Below, in pieces: positions 21,501 through 30,642 of a DNA stretch of 64,000 bases. This stretch comes from Opitutales bacterium (GTDB lineage: Bacteria; Verrucomicrobiota; Verrucomicrobiia; Opitutales; UBA953), in the NCBI GenBank assembly GCA_007280935.1, contig QYQK01000012.1, positions 1,022-65,021 of the forward strand, given 5' to 3'. The notes under the pieces were generated by a model. It was not told where the DNA came from. It ran no database searches and worked only from the letters and a program-made list of their open reading frames with translations. A program made the translations under genes and the position numbers. The first letter of the stretch is position 1. The number at the start of each line of letters is the position of its first letter.

Positions 21501-21873
21501 AAAAGTCGTCGGTTCCTTTGGGGTACTTCGTGAGGAAATTAGTAAGTTCGATTTCGGTCTTAGACCAATCCTTGATCAGGAAATAACAGGTGGCTTTTCG
21601 GAAGACGACCACCGCTTTGAGTTTATCTTCAACGTTGGTGGCTTGTTTTTCGAGTTCGACGTAATCGGCCAAAGCGTCCTTGTATTTCTTTTGATCAAAG
21701 TTCAGTTCGGCTTTTTTGAATAAGACGGACAAGGGGTCTTCCTTGGGGTCTTTATTGAGCGCCGCCGCCGCCGCTTGGGCCCGCAAATCACCAGGAATGG
21801 GGAAGGCGGCGAGGAGGAGGGCGAGCAGTGAAGCTTTTGCCAACTTGTAGATTCGAGACTCGTGGGTAGCCAT
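18553..21873 (-). CDS. Large secreted TPR protein (1106 aa)
   Basis: Signal peptide and many BamD/YbgF-type TPR units (FLTKYPKG, FLKQYPQS, YEKEYPRG). Confidence 0.8.
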   Translation of the reverse strand: MATHESRIYKLAKASLLALLLAAFPIPGDLRAQAAAAALNKDPKEDPLSVLFKKAELNFDQKKYKDALADYVELEKQATNVEDKLKAVVVFRKATCYFLIKDWSKTEIELTNFLTKYPKGTDDFFDSDNRRGLAELTLIEVLSNQAKWDAALQRLEKIRSNTLARPEDRVNAYALSAKLVLDRVKSAPEADKKAAYGQAIALLKQATSEGVNTPERKEAGFKLVEIYTKLGLVKDADQLKAEIDAKSSGSPADIVRSNFQRLSIGDARFASAEATVDENAKPEAYRQALNNYQGTLRRATLTRALLKAVETKQSDLDNIIKSNPKPNDETKAKIEMVRQDLDQFKKIEAEFNANKDYDAFISYRIGLCLLELDRPWEAFVAFRDIFDNNPEFSRIAGTYYYYIVALRRTGRNVEAQAKCKEFLGKFPKADENSAIGMILGEISQDSEDFKEAITHYRWVKDNVKNLSADAAMEIDFRIACCHFAMVDWNDARVAFEKFLKQYPQSPVTQQVLYMNALCWFYQGKYKETKAAFDTYEKEYPRGQFLPDVRYRQAIVKFGSTPPETTETLRLCNEWLKEFAVMKTDEVINQLPEVHTLIGDTYIRLADQLTEAIRLADLDIRNSDSTSGKTSAAANKAKLEKQKNDVTGKAVDAYIAAARSGRTNSSALEFVLRELGKMLPGRGEHQRMRDLYKEIYDWNHNDPKAMTYLFDVIKSTERMGDKIEFSQRAEQTTKNYSAKLAAARKTVNDLERNSGTPEAVAVGKEAVAKLSAQLAAELDTIEKERQTSIAKAKTDALKILSNSVTESINDRRQEGAEKLIIFLTEKLAKKVKRVKPGTKPDPAAYSVDNAEVELKKLLRLEENRDSLIAQARGFFALGQLALNTRNPGKAAEYYEKIATSYKAEELSPTIIAVVGDHLLGKGELTKAASYFDYIREHSRSTDYADYGFAGSAEILLRQKKFKQAAELCQEAIDNNILMSKEREILFVHGRALVELGQYVAAKKILEDIAKTKEWRGETTAGCLYWLGQMEERQGHDAEAVAYYRRCRLAWKKYEVWSAKAYLSEAKILGNKMGQKPEAKAVLVEMLSNERIKATPEANEAKELTLNF

Positions 21874-21912
21874 CAGATTAGGGAGTGATTAACTCCGCAT
21901 TGGGGTGGGGTC

Positions 21913-21952
21913 TAAAATTGGCCATTCGCTGGGCCGCTGCCAAGCCATTATA
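21913..21952 (-). promoter_or_regulatory. Putative promoter of the TPR-exbBD operon
   Basis: Minus strand reads TATAATggc-TTGGCA-17nt-CAATTT, about 40 nt before the ATG. Confidence 0.35.
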
Positions 21953-22013
21953 AAAGGGATTACCCCCTATTTGACGTTTGTTACCAACTTGAAACAATGG
22001 TTAGCTTGCTTGC

Positions 22014-22952
22014 TCACCGACCAGCCTTTTGCCCCGAGGCGAGTAAGGTCTCAAATCCTGGTTCTTTGGGCTCCTTGGCCACCACGCGAACCTCCGAGTG
22101 CTGGAACCCCGCGGCTTCAAGCCAGTCGTGGAGGTCGTTTTCTTTGAATCCTAACCAGCGGTCCGCATAGAGTTCACGAGCTTTTTCAAAACGGTGGGCG
22201 CGGAGATCGAGTACGAGGAGCCTACCGCCCGGTTTAAGGATCCGGTAGGCCTCGCTTAAGGCTTTTCTGGGATTATCGGCGTGATGCAGGGCTTGACTGA
22301 GCAGCGCGAGATCGACGCTTCGATCGGCCAAGGGGACCTTCTCGATATCGCCGAGGACGTAGGTAAGATTGTTAAGATGTTCCTTTTTCGCCAAGGCCCG
22401 GCCTAGCTGGACCATGCGGGGGGAATTATCGATACAATGAACGCTTTCGGCACGGCGTGCGAGCAGTCGGGATAGGGTGCCGTCGCCGGCGCCCAGATCG
22501 GCGATCTTTACATGCGGTGCGAGCAAGAGAAGCATCTGTCCGATAGCCTCCCAGGATCTCCCGGGGCAGTAGTTGCGGCCGAGCCGATCCGCTACCAGGT
22601 TGAAATGTCGTTCCGCTTTTTGCCGCCGCTTTTGGATGATCCGTTGAAGGGAGCGTTGGTCGGCAGCGGTTTCGGGATCCTGAGCCGTGGCGGCGATGGC
22701 GGCCTCGATGAGTCGGCTTACGCCCGTCGGAAGATTGCGCGCGAGCGAGTAATAAGAATTTTTCCCATCTCGTCGGTCGTCGGCAAGTCCCGCTTTACGA
22801 AGGAGTGAAAGGTGCGTTGAAATACGCGACTGACGCATGCCGAGAATATCCTGAAGTTCGCCCACGGCCAGTTCGCCTCGGTTTAAAAGGAATAAAATCC
22901 TCGCCCGGGTGGGGTCGGCGAGTAGCCGGAGTGACTCCCAGGGGGTTGGCAT
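22014..22952 (-). CDS. ArsR-family regulator fused to a class I SAM-methyltransferase-like domain (SahR-like)
   Basis: ArsR HTH (LADPTRARIL...QSRISTHLSLL) followed by DLGAGDG, GDIEKVP and LKPGGRL. Confidence 0.88.
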   Translation of the reverse strand: MPTPWESLRLLADPTRARILFLLNRGELAVGELQDILGMRQSRISTHLSLLRKAGLADDRRDGKNSYYSLARNLPTGVSRLIEAAIAATAQDPETAADQRSLQRIIQKRRQKAERHFNLVADRLGRNYCPGRSWEAIGQMLLLLAPHVKIADLGAGDGTLSRLLARRAESVHCIDNSPRMVQLGRALAKKEHLNNLTYVLGDIEKVPLADRSVDLALLSQALHHADNPRKALSEAYRILKPGGRLLVLDLRAHRFEKARELYADRWLGFKENDLHDWLEAAGFQHSEVRVVAKEPKEPGFETLLASGQKAGR

Positions 22953-22958
22953 AGGAAT

Positions 22959-22987
22959 TGATTAGGGGCGAACGGGCGGTGTGTCAA
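22959..22987 (-). promoter_or_regulatory. sigma70-like promoter of the SahR-like gene (probably leaderless)
   Basis: Minus strand reads TTGACA-17nt-TAATCA-6nt-ATG. Confidence 0.55.
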
Positions 22988-23016
22988 AAGAGGAAGCCCC
23001 GTTTCCGGGGCTTCTT
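22985..23016 (-). terminator. Rho-independent terminator after greA
   Basis: GAAGCCCC-gtttcc-GGGGCTTC hairpin followed by CTCTTTT on the minus strand. Confidence 0.75.
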
Positions 23017-23035
23017 CGAGGGCATTTTATAAGGC

Positions 23036-25006
23036 TTATTTGCGCTTATCAATCCAGCGGGTAATCGTGATGACTTTCCACGTTTCAGCCTTGCCGTTGA
23101 TGTTGGTGATGAAGGTCTCGCTTGGCTTGTGGTTCAGGAACTGCTTCGCCAGCGGGGAAATGTAGGAAAGAATGTTCTCTTCCGGCTTACCGTCCCACGC
23201 ACCGAGAATGTCGTAGGTAATCTGGACTTGGTCGGAACCGCGTAAGAGGGTGACGGTTGAGCCAATGCTGATGGAGTCGACTTTGGCTTCTTTAAAGTCG
23301 GTGATGCGGGCCTTCTTTAAGACGGAGTCAAGTTCGGCGCGGCGGGCGGCGAGGGTGTCATGATCCTGACGGGCCATCTTGTACTCGGAATTTTCCTTAA
23401 GGTCGCCGTGCTCCTTGGCAATCTGGATGGCTTCCTTGATGGCAGGCAGACGGACTTTGACGATGTCCTCGAGCTCGCGCTCTTTCTCTTCTTTGCTGGC
23501 ATTGGAGACGACGAGTTCTTTTTCTTCAGCCTCGGTGTCGGTGTGCTTGGATTGGGCCAGACGTTGGACGTGTGGTTCGACCTTCGCCAAACGTGAAAGT
23601 AGCGCCTTCTTGGTCATCTGGTCGAACCCTTGGCTGCTCAGCATGGTGCGCGTCAGGTCGAAGATGGTTTCGCTATCGGTCTTCGGTCCGTTGGCCGGGA
23701 CCAAGATATCGGCGATCAGTTCGCGGTCCTTGATGAGTTCATTTGCCAGCGGGATACGGGCGGTCGAATTTGACTCGAGAGATTCGGTATCAACGGACGA
23801 GAGAATGGCGCCGAGCAACGAGGGATTGATGAGGCGGCTGACGATGTCGGCATACTTCTTCGAGGTGCGATTTTTGATAACCCAGATGATGACCGGAGCC
23901 CTTAGTTCGCGGGTCTCGAGCCACTGGGCGAAACGATTAGCCACTTGGGCGGAAAGTTCTTGGTCGCAGAGATAAGCGATGCATTCGGAGACTAATTTCG
24001 CCGAACCGCTCTTGGTGGTCCCGATGTCGCGATTGCGCAGCAGGTCGAAAGCACAGTCCGCCCAATTATCTCCGTGGTGTGCTCGGACGAGGTCCAACAG
24101 GCTACGAATTTTCTCGGTCGTGTGCGGGATGTTAAGCGCGATGAGCGCCAAGTCACTTTCAGAGCAAAGGGCGATGACGTCGGAGGCCGTTGGGCTGACG
24201 GTTTCAACGGTTTCGACGGCCGGACGGAAGAATTTATCTCGGTTCCAGATACCGCAGAGAATCACCGGTAGATTATCGCGACGGCGGGCGGTGCTCAGAG
24301 CGTTGACGGCTTTGGCGAGGTCGGAAGAAACTTAAGCCAGATTGGCTTCGTTGGCAGCCGAGCGGGTTTCGGCCGATGCGCTATCAGCGAGCTCTTCGAG
24401 GAGGGCTAATTTACGTTCAAGATTAGGGGCGCCTTCGTACTGAGCGAAGAGATCTTCGCCAACGTCCTGAGGAGCCACGAGAAGGGCGTAGAGCCCTCCT
24501 TTGCGTTCGGGAACGAGGACTGCACGATCCTTGCGCAGGACGGCACGTGCCTTGGTCCACCAAGCCTTGAAGGCAGCCGCACGATCCTTGCCGGCAGGGA
24601 GGGATGCGAAATGGACGCGCTCGAGGTTGGCTTCCAGAGCGTAAGAAGAGCTGGTTCCTGCTGGGCTCTCGTCGAGGAGTGCCTTGACGATTCCGGCGGG
24701 GTCATTGGCGACCATTCCGGCGATTTTTTCCTTAGTGTCGTCAGCGTAAGCCGATGCTACGGCACCATTTGGGTTAATAATCTCAATTTTACCGAGAAAG
24801 AAAGCAGCGTCCATCGCATGGGCTTTTTTATTCTGCTCCGGGAAGTCGACCGTGAAGCGTTTGGCGGCTTCGTCGTAGGCGCGGATGACGCCGATACCCC
24901 AGGCTTGGTGAAGGCAGAAGGCGGGCTGACCCGTTGCTACCCTGTCAATGGCGGCCTGCAGAGAGTTAATTTTACCACCTTGTGGGTTAGGGACCTTGTT
25001 GCTCAT
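23036..25006 (-). pseudogene. greA: Long (chlamydia/PVC-type) transcription elongation factor GreA, interrupted by one in-frame TAA at 24332-24334
   Basis: ORFs 24332-25033 and 23036-24265 are in the same frame, and the 22 codons between them are open. The C-terminal GreA domain has AKEHGDLKENSEY and ISPLAK. Could be a sequencing error rather than a true pseudogene. Confidence 0.8.
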
Positions 25007-25106
25007 TGCAAAAATTGGTTTTGGGGATAACAATTCTCACTTGCAAGCAGGAAGGCTGAGGGCTTTGGGGTCTATTGACCTTAAGTCCGAACCTCGACTC
25101 TCACAC

Positions 25107-26243
25107 ATGGCATTTAAGCCCGAAAAGCCCTCAATTCACGGTGAAACCCCAGAGACCCTGGGGGTACGATTGGTCGAGGGCGGGCACCCCCGGTACCGAG
25201 CGGCTCAGGTATTTGAATGGATTTACCCCCGCCGAGCTGAAAAAGCGGATAAGATGACCAATTTACCAGCTAATTTAAGGGCCTGGTTGGCAGAAAACTA
25301 TGATTTTGAGGCCACGGAGGTTATGGGGCGCCAAACGGCTTTGGACGTGACCCAAAAGCTGCTGCAACGCCTTCGCGACGGATCGCTGATCGAAACGGTC
25401 ATCATCCGGGCGCCCATGGAGGGGGTAGGCCAGGATAAGTCCCGGCGAACCATCTGCATTTCCACCCAGGTGGGCTGTGCCTACGGCTGCAAGTTTTGCG
25501 CATCAGGCTTAGAGGGCTGGAAGCGAGATCTTTCCGTAGGTGAAATCGTTTCGCAGCTTGTTCAGGTCTGTCGCATCGAAGATCAGGCGGATCCAGCCCG
25601 GGCCGCGGAAGGCTTGGCATCATTTGATAACATCGTGGTGATGGGCATGGGCGAGCCCTTGGCGAATTACGACAACCTGATGGCCGCTTTACGCATCGTG
25701 AATGCGGCCTGGGGTTTCGGTTTTGGCGCACGCCGCGTGACTATTTCGACTTCGGGGGTCGTGCCTAAGATTCTTAAACTCGCCGAGGAGCCTGAGGGTT
25801 TTCGCCTCGCAATCAGTCTCCACGGCGCGACGAACGAGGTCCGGGAAAAAATCATGCCGGTGAACAAAAAATATCCGTTGGAGGAATTGGTGCCAGCCGC
25901 CAAGGCTTTCGCACGGAAGCACGGACGGATGCTCACGCTCGAATTTATTTTGATTGAAGACATTAACGACATGCTGGAACAGGCTCGGAAATTAGCCGTG
26001 ATTGCCCGTGAGTTACATGCCCACGTTAACTTGATTCCGTATAACAAAGTCGAGGGATTACCCTGGGTGCGCCCCTCTTTGACACGCCAAGACCGCTTTG
26101 TGAAGGAGCTCCGGGCGTTGGGCGTGACGGCGACTTTACGCCGGGAAAAAGGGCATGATATCGATGCCGCCTGCGGCCAGTTGCGCTTGCAAAAGGAGAA
26201 AGAAGCCGTCCGGAACGGACCGACGCCTCCCGCTGCGGCTTAG
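25107..26243 (+). CDS. rlmN: 23S rRNA/tRNA m2A methyltransferase RlmN
   Basis: Radical SAM motif CISTQVGCAYGCKFC, plus MGMGEPLAN and DIDAACGQL. Confidence 0.95.
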   Translation: MAFKPEKPSIHGETPETLGVRLVEGGHPRYRAAQVFEWIYPRRAEKADKMTNLPANLRAWLAENYDFEATEVMGRQTALDVTQKLLQRLRDGSLIETVIIRAPMEGVGQDKSRRTICISTQVGCAYGCKFCASGLEGWKRDLSVGEIVSQLVQVCRIEDQADPARAAEGLASFDNIVVMGMGEPLANYDNLMAALRIVNAAWGFGFGARRVTISTSGVVPKILKLAEEPEGFRLAISLHGATNEVREKIMPVNKKYPLEELVPAAKAFARKHGRMLTLEFILIEDINDMLEQARKLAVIARELHAHVNLIPYNKVEGLPWVRPSLTRQDRFVKELRALGVTATLRREKGHDIDAACGQLRLQKEKEAVRNGPTPPAAA

Positions 26244-26890
26244 GCTGACAGGGACGACACGAAAGCCTTGGGATCGGCCGCCTTGAAGAAGGCCGTACCT
26301 GCGACCAAGGTGTCGGCCCCCGCGTCTCGACACTGCTTGCCGGTGATCGCGTTGATTCCGCCATCGACTTCGAGGCGATAATTTAAGCCTCGCTGACGTC
26401 GCTCGAGATCAAAGAATTTAATGCTCTCGAGGGCGGAGGGAATGAAAGCCTGTCCGCCGAAGCCCGGGAATACCGTCATGCAAAGCACAAGGTCAACGGA
26501 ATCGAGGTAGGGCAGTAAGCGCCGAGGGTCGGCGTCGGGATTCATCGCGATACCTGCGGACACACCGGCGTTTTTGATCGCCGCGATTGTCTTGGCCACG
26601 TCGTGATCGGCCTCTACGTGAACGGTCAGGCGATTGGCTCCGACTTTGACGAAAGCGTCCACGAAGCGATCGGGATTCGTGAGCATCAGGTGTACGTCGA
26701 AGAATAACTTCGATTGCGGTCGAAGATCCGCGACGACTTGTGGGCCGAAGCTGATATTGGGCACAAAGTGCCCGTCCATGATGTCGAGGTGGACCCAAGC
26801 AAGCTCGGCCGCCTCAATCGTGCGCAGTCCTTGCAGAAATTCGCCGTGATTAGCGGCGAGCAAGGAGGGGGCGACGACGGGGGCGTTCAT
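26240..26890 (-). CDS. rpe: Ribulose-phosphate 3-epimerase
   Basis: Motifs HLDIMDGHFVPN, DVHLM, MTVFPGFGGQ and VDGGI. Confidence 0.96.
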   Translation of the reverse strand: MNAPVVAPSLLAANHGEFLQGLRTIEAAELAWVHLDIMDGHFVPNISFGPQVVADLRPQSKLFFDVHLMLTNPDRFVDAFVKVGANRLTVHVEADHDVAKTIAAIKNAGVSAGIAMNPDADPRRLLPYLDSVDLVLCMTVFPGFGGQAFIPSALESIKFFDLERRQRGLNYRLEVDGGINAITGKQCRDAGADTLVAGTAFFKAADPKAFVSSLSA

Positions 26891-26892
26891 GA

Positions 26893-27381
26893 TTACCAGG
26901 CCGTGGTGGCGGCTTCTCTGATTTGGGCCGCAATATCCGCAAAGAGCGAAGGGCCTAGGCTAAGCTCTTCGGCGGTAGAATCGCCCTTCGGTTGAAAAGT
27001 TACGCCCGCGGAGAAATCTCGGTCTTTAAAGAGCACGCGCTTTCCGCCATCCGTGGTCAAAGTGCAGCGCACGATGAAAGTCACCCGATAGGTAGAGATG
27101 AGGAAGGCGTCGGTGGAGTTGGCGGTCTGGCCTTCGCGTTTATATTGAGTGACTTCGGTGGTGAGCACGGCTTGGCCTGGGCCAATTTTGATGCGAGGGT
27201 CACCCGAGAGCGCTTCCAGGAGTTTTTCTTGCAAAACCGCGTGGGTTCCAGGGCGGGAGGTCGAATTGCGAATGGGTGCGACTTCGATGCGCGTGAACGC
27301 GGGTTTTGGTCCGCCCAGCCGGTATGAAGAACAGGCCGTGAGTAATCCGAAGCTAAGAATGAAGAGCCAGCGCGCCATCAT
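26893..27381 (-). CDS. LptE-like LPS assembly lipoprotein
   Basis: Lipobox LTAC, then SYRLG. Size and position next to a BamD-like gene fit. Confidence 0.65.
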   Translation of the reverse strand: MMARWLFILSFGLLTACSSYRLGGPKPAFTRIEVAPIRNSTSRPGTHAVLQEKLLEALSGDPRIKIGPGQAVLTTEVTQYKREGQTANSTDAFLISTYRVTFIVRCTLTTDGGKRVLFKDRDFSAGVTFQPKGDSTAEELSLGPSLFADIAAQIREAATTAW

Positions 27382-28499
27382 CGACGTTCGTTTTCGGTGG
27401 CAGTTCGGGGGGCTTCTTTTTTAAAGCCTAAGGAATCAAGGTCACTACTGAGGGTGGTCGGGGTTGCATCGTTGGCCATACGTGGTCTTGGGTAGGTGCC
27501 CAAGAGTCGGTCGGCGATGGTCTTTGGCGGGGTTGGGTTCTTTTGGATTTCGGCCAAGAGCGCTTCGGCATCTTTGGCGGCTGGAGATTCGGGGGCTAGA
27601 CTTAGGCAGGCATTGGCCATGAGCTTGGCCGCTTCCGGGTTGTTATGTTTAAGCCAATAAAATTGGGCTAAATTAAGTCGAGCGCGGGCGGCACGATCAC
27701 GAAGTAGGTGGATTTGTTCGGGTGCTTGTTTCGTGCGCTTATCGTTGGGAAACTGATCTGCCAGCGTGCGCCAATGGTCAGCCGCTTCGATCGTGGAGGC
27801 CTGATCCCAATCGGCCCCCATGGATTCGTGCGCACGTATTTTGGCCAACGCTTCGAGGGCTTCGGGTAAGAATTTTGAAGACGGATAATCGCTGACCAAT
27901 CGTTCCAAGGCTTCTTCGGCTTTGGAGGCTATCTCGAGTTCGATGGCGAGACGAGCGCTCTTGATCAATGACTGGTCGGCCAGCGGCCCGTTGGGCGCCA
28001 GGCGTAAAGTCTTCTGCCAATAGGTGAAAGCGCTTGCGGGGTCTTTAAACCATGGGAACCAGCCCCCTAAGTAAAGTCGTTCGCCACTTCCAATCCGATT
28101 GGCGATTTCGAATTGTAATTGGACGGCATCCTGGAATTTGGAAAAACTTGAATGACGGGCGTAGATGGCGTCGATTAGTTCGGTTGCCATTTCGAAGCGA
28201 CCTTGCTGCGTGTAGATGCGAGCTTGCTCGAGCATGGCCAAGGCTTCGGCGGGATTACCGCGATTGGCTTCCGCGACCAAGCCCCACGACTTGAGGGCGG
28301 CGCTTTGTTCGCCGGAATCATTCGCACTGGAGGCAATGTCCATCGCGATTAAGACGACGGTCATCCGCTCCGCCGGGGTGATTTCGGGTGGCGTACCTGC
28401 CTTGACTTGCCAGTGTCCGTCTTGACGGATGAATTCCGCCGAGGCGGAGGCAGCCAGCAAGAGAGCGGCAGAATAAAAGGTTTTAGAGAGTAGGTTCAT
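27378..28499 (-). CDS. BamD-like TPR outer-membrane assembly protein
   Basis: Signal peptide, TPR units (LVSDYPSS, LADQFPND), DWDQAST, and ARLNLAQFY. Confidence 0.65.
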   Translation of the reverse strand: MNLLSKTFYSAALLLAASASAEFIRQDGHWQVKAGTPPEITPAERMTVVLIAMDIASSANDSGEQSAALKSWGLVAEANRGNPAEALAMLEQARIYTQQGRFEMATELIDAIYARHSSFSKFQDAVQLQFEIANRIGSGERLYLGGWFPWFKDPASAFTYWQKTLRLAPNGPLADQSLIKSARLAIELEIASKAEEALERLVSDYPSSKFLPEALEALAKIRAHESMGADWDQASTIEAADHWRTLADQFPNDKRTKQAPEQIHLLRDRAARARLNLAQFYWLKHNNPEAAKLMANACLSLAPESPAAKDAEALLAEIQKNPTPPKTIADRLLGTYPRPRMANDATPTTLSSDLDSLGFKKEAPRTATENERR

Positions 28500-29496
28500 G
28501 CCAGCGAAGGAGGGTTGCGCCCCAGGTGAGGCCCGCACCGAAAGCAACCAAGAGGACAAGGTCGCCGTGTTTAATCTTACCATCACGCCAAGCTTCTTCC
28601 AGGGCGAGGGGAATCGATGCCGCTGACGTATTGCCGTAGCGGTCGAGGTTGAAGGGGAATCGCTCCATGCCCACGTTAAGCTGATTGGCGACGGCTTCAA
28701 CGATGCGAATGTTGGCTTGGTGGGGGATGAACCAAGCCACCTGATTGGAGGTGACGTCGCATTTGGCCAGGACGCGCTCGCAAGACTCGGCCATCACCCG
28801 GACGGCGAGGCGAAAGACTTCTTTGCCATTCATCCGCAGGAAATGTTTTCCGTCGCGTAAGGTTTCCGCGCTAGCAGGGTTCGCCGAGCCGCCCGCCACG
28901 CAATGAAGTAGTTCGGCGTTTGTGCCGTCGGCACCCAAAACATTGCCGAGAATGCCAACTCTTTTGACGTTGGTGGCTTCCAGAATGGCAGCCCCGGCGC
29001 CATCCCCAAAAAGCACGCAGGTCGTCCGGTCTTTCCAGTCTACGACGCTCGATAACTTTTCAGCCCCGATGACGAGGACGTGGCGATAGGCTCCGGATCG
29101 CATCATGTCAGTGCCGACTTGGAGCGCATAAACAAAGCCCGAACAAGCTGCTGAAATATCAAAGCAGGGAATGTCGCGGCGAAGCCCCAGCTTGGCCTGA
29201 AGGAGGCACGCGGTGGACGGGAAGGGGACATCGGGTGTCATCGTGGCGACGATGAGCAGATCGATATCTTCGGCTTTGAGTCGGGCGCGCTCTAAAGCTT
29301 TGGCCGCAGCTTTGGCTCCCATGTCAGAAGGGTTTTCGCCCGGACCAGCGATTCGTCGTTCCGCGATGCCTGACCGGCTTTTGATCCAATCATCGGAGGT
29401 TTCCACCATGAGCGAAAGTTCCGCGTTGGTGAGTTTTCGCTCGGGTGCGTGCACGCCGATAGCCCTGATAAAGACTGAAAGCTCGGCGCTGTTCAT
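28483..29496 (-). CDS. fabH: 3-oxoacyl-ACP synthase III
   Basis: Motifs AACSGF, LFGDGAGA, PHQANIRI and GNTSAASIP. Confidence 0.96.
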   Translation of the reverse strand: MNSAELSVFIRAIGVHAPERKLTNAELSLMVETSDDWIKSRSGIAERRIAGPGENPSDMGAKAAAKALERARLKAEDIDLLIVATMTPDVPFPSTACLLQAKLGLRRDIPCFDISAACSGFVYALQVGTDMMRSGAYRHVLVIGAEKLSSVVDWKDRTTCVLFGDGAGAAILEATNVKRVGILGNVLGADGTNAELLHCVAGGSANPASAETLRDGKHFLRMNGKEVFRLAVRVMAESCERVLAKCDVTSNQVAWFIPHQANIRIVEAVANQLNVGMERFPFNLDRYGNTSAASIPLALEEAWRDGKIKHGDLVLLVAFGAGLTWGATLLRWHEPTL

Positions 29497-29544
29497 CGAG
29501 GACTTGAGGTAAGACCCGAAGACGGGAAAGGAAACACTAAAACC

Positions 29545-30615
29545 TCAGACTTCCTCAGGGGTGGCCGAAATCACCTTATTTGCCTCTGCGAGAGCCGATT
29601 GCATCTGTTTTCCGGCCCCATGACCCAGGGCTTCAAGGCCAAGTCGGATGGCGCTGACAATGCCCTGGCGGTTGCTGGAGCCGTGGGCCTTCATGACCAA
29701 GCCGTTAAGTCCGAGCAGAGGGGCTCCGCCGTAGCGCTCTGGCTTAAGTTTACCTTTTAATTCTCGGACTAAAGGGAACATGGCAATACCGCCGGCCATG
29801 TAGACCGGATTACGCATGACTTTATTGCCGACCAGTTCGCGGAGCATGTAGACCAAACCCTCCAAAGTCTTTAGAATGACATTGCCTGTAAAGCCGTCGG
29901 TGACGACGACGTCGCACGCATCGCCAAACATATCGAAACCTTCGACCGGCCCGATATAATTGATGCTCGAGCCCATGGCCTTCAAAAGATTGTGGGTACG
30001 GTTAATGCGGGCGCCGCCTTTGCCTTCTTCCGTTCCCACGGTCAGAAGACCGATGCGCGGATGGGCGATACCTAGGGAGCTTTGGGCGTAAATCGAACCA
30101 AGGATGGCATTATGCACCAGGTGTTCCGGCGTCGCTTCGGGATTGGCGCCAACGTCGAGCAGGACAAAGTGACCTTCCCGACGAGGCATAATCGCCGCCA
30201 AGGCGGGGCGCTCGGCGCCTTCCATGGTCCGGACTTTGATTGTTCCGGCGGCAACGAGGGCCTTGGTATTACCCGTCGAAACTACGGCATCAACTTCTCC
30301 GATTTTAAGTAAATCAAGGGCGATCACCATCGATGAATCGCGCTTAGATTTCAGGACCGTCATGGGCGCGTCTTCGGGGCCCACGATGGTGGGCGCATGC
30401 TTAAAGATGACGCGGGGCGATTTTAGATTACGGTGCTCCATCGCCAAGAGGCGCAAATTGTCTTCGTTGCCGACGAGCACCAGGGTGTCGTCAGGACCGA
30501 TGACACCTTCTCTAAGGGCCAAGGCGGCGGCGGCGACGGCTTCCGAAGGGCCAAGATCACCGCCCATGCAGTCGAGGGCAATCCGGTGGCCTTTCTTCGG
30601 AGTGGCTTCGCTCAT
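29545..30615 (-). CDS. plsX: Phosphate acyltransferase PlsX
   Basis: Motifs IALDCMGGDLGP, STGNT, LLDVGAN, DGFTGNVILK and KAHGSS. Confidence 0.95.
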   Translation of the reverse strand: MSEATPKKGHRIALDCMGGDLGPSEAVAAAALALREGVIGPDDTLVLVGNEDNLRLLAMEHRNLKSPRVIFKHAPTIVGPEDAPMTVLKSKRDSSMVIALDLLKIGEVDAVVSTGNTKALVAAGTIKVRTMEGAERPALAAIMPRREGHFVLLDVGANPEATPEHLVHNAILGSIYAQSSLGIAHPRIGLLTVGTEEGKGGARINRTHNLLKAMGSSINYIGPVEGFDMFGDACDVVVTDGFTGNVILKTLEGLVYMLRELVGNKVMRNPVYMAGGIAMFPLVRELKGKLKPERYGGAPLLGLNGLVMKAHGSSNRQGIVSAIRLGLEALGHGAGKQMQSALAEANKVISATPEEV

Positions 30616-30642
30616 GGGTGCGGGCAAGGCCCGTAAACCAAC

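Noticed and set aside
19240..21723. Several 100-300 aa ORFs antisense to or out of frame with the large TPR gene
   Set aside because: Shadow ORFs fully inside a coherent CDS, with no motifs.
24332..24334. Alternative genetic code (TAA reassigned) as the explanation for the greA stop
   Set aside because: TAA ends many clear genes in the window (mutL, pheS, gatC, rpmF), so the standard code applies.
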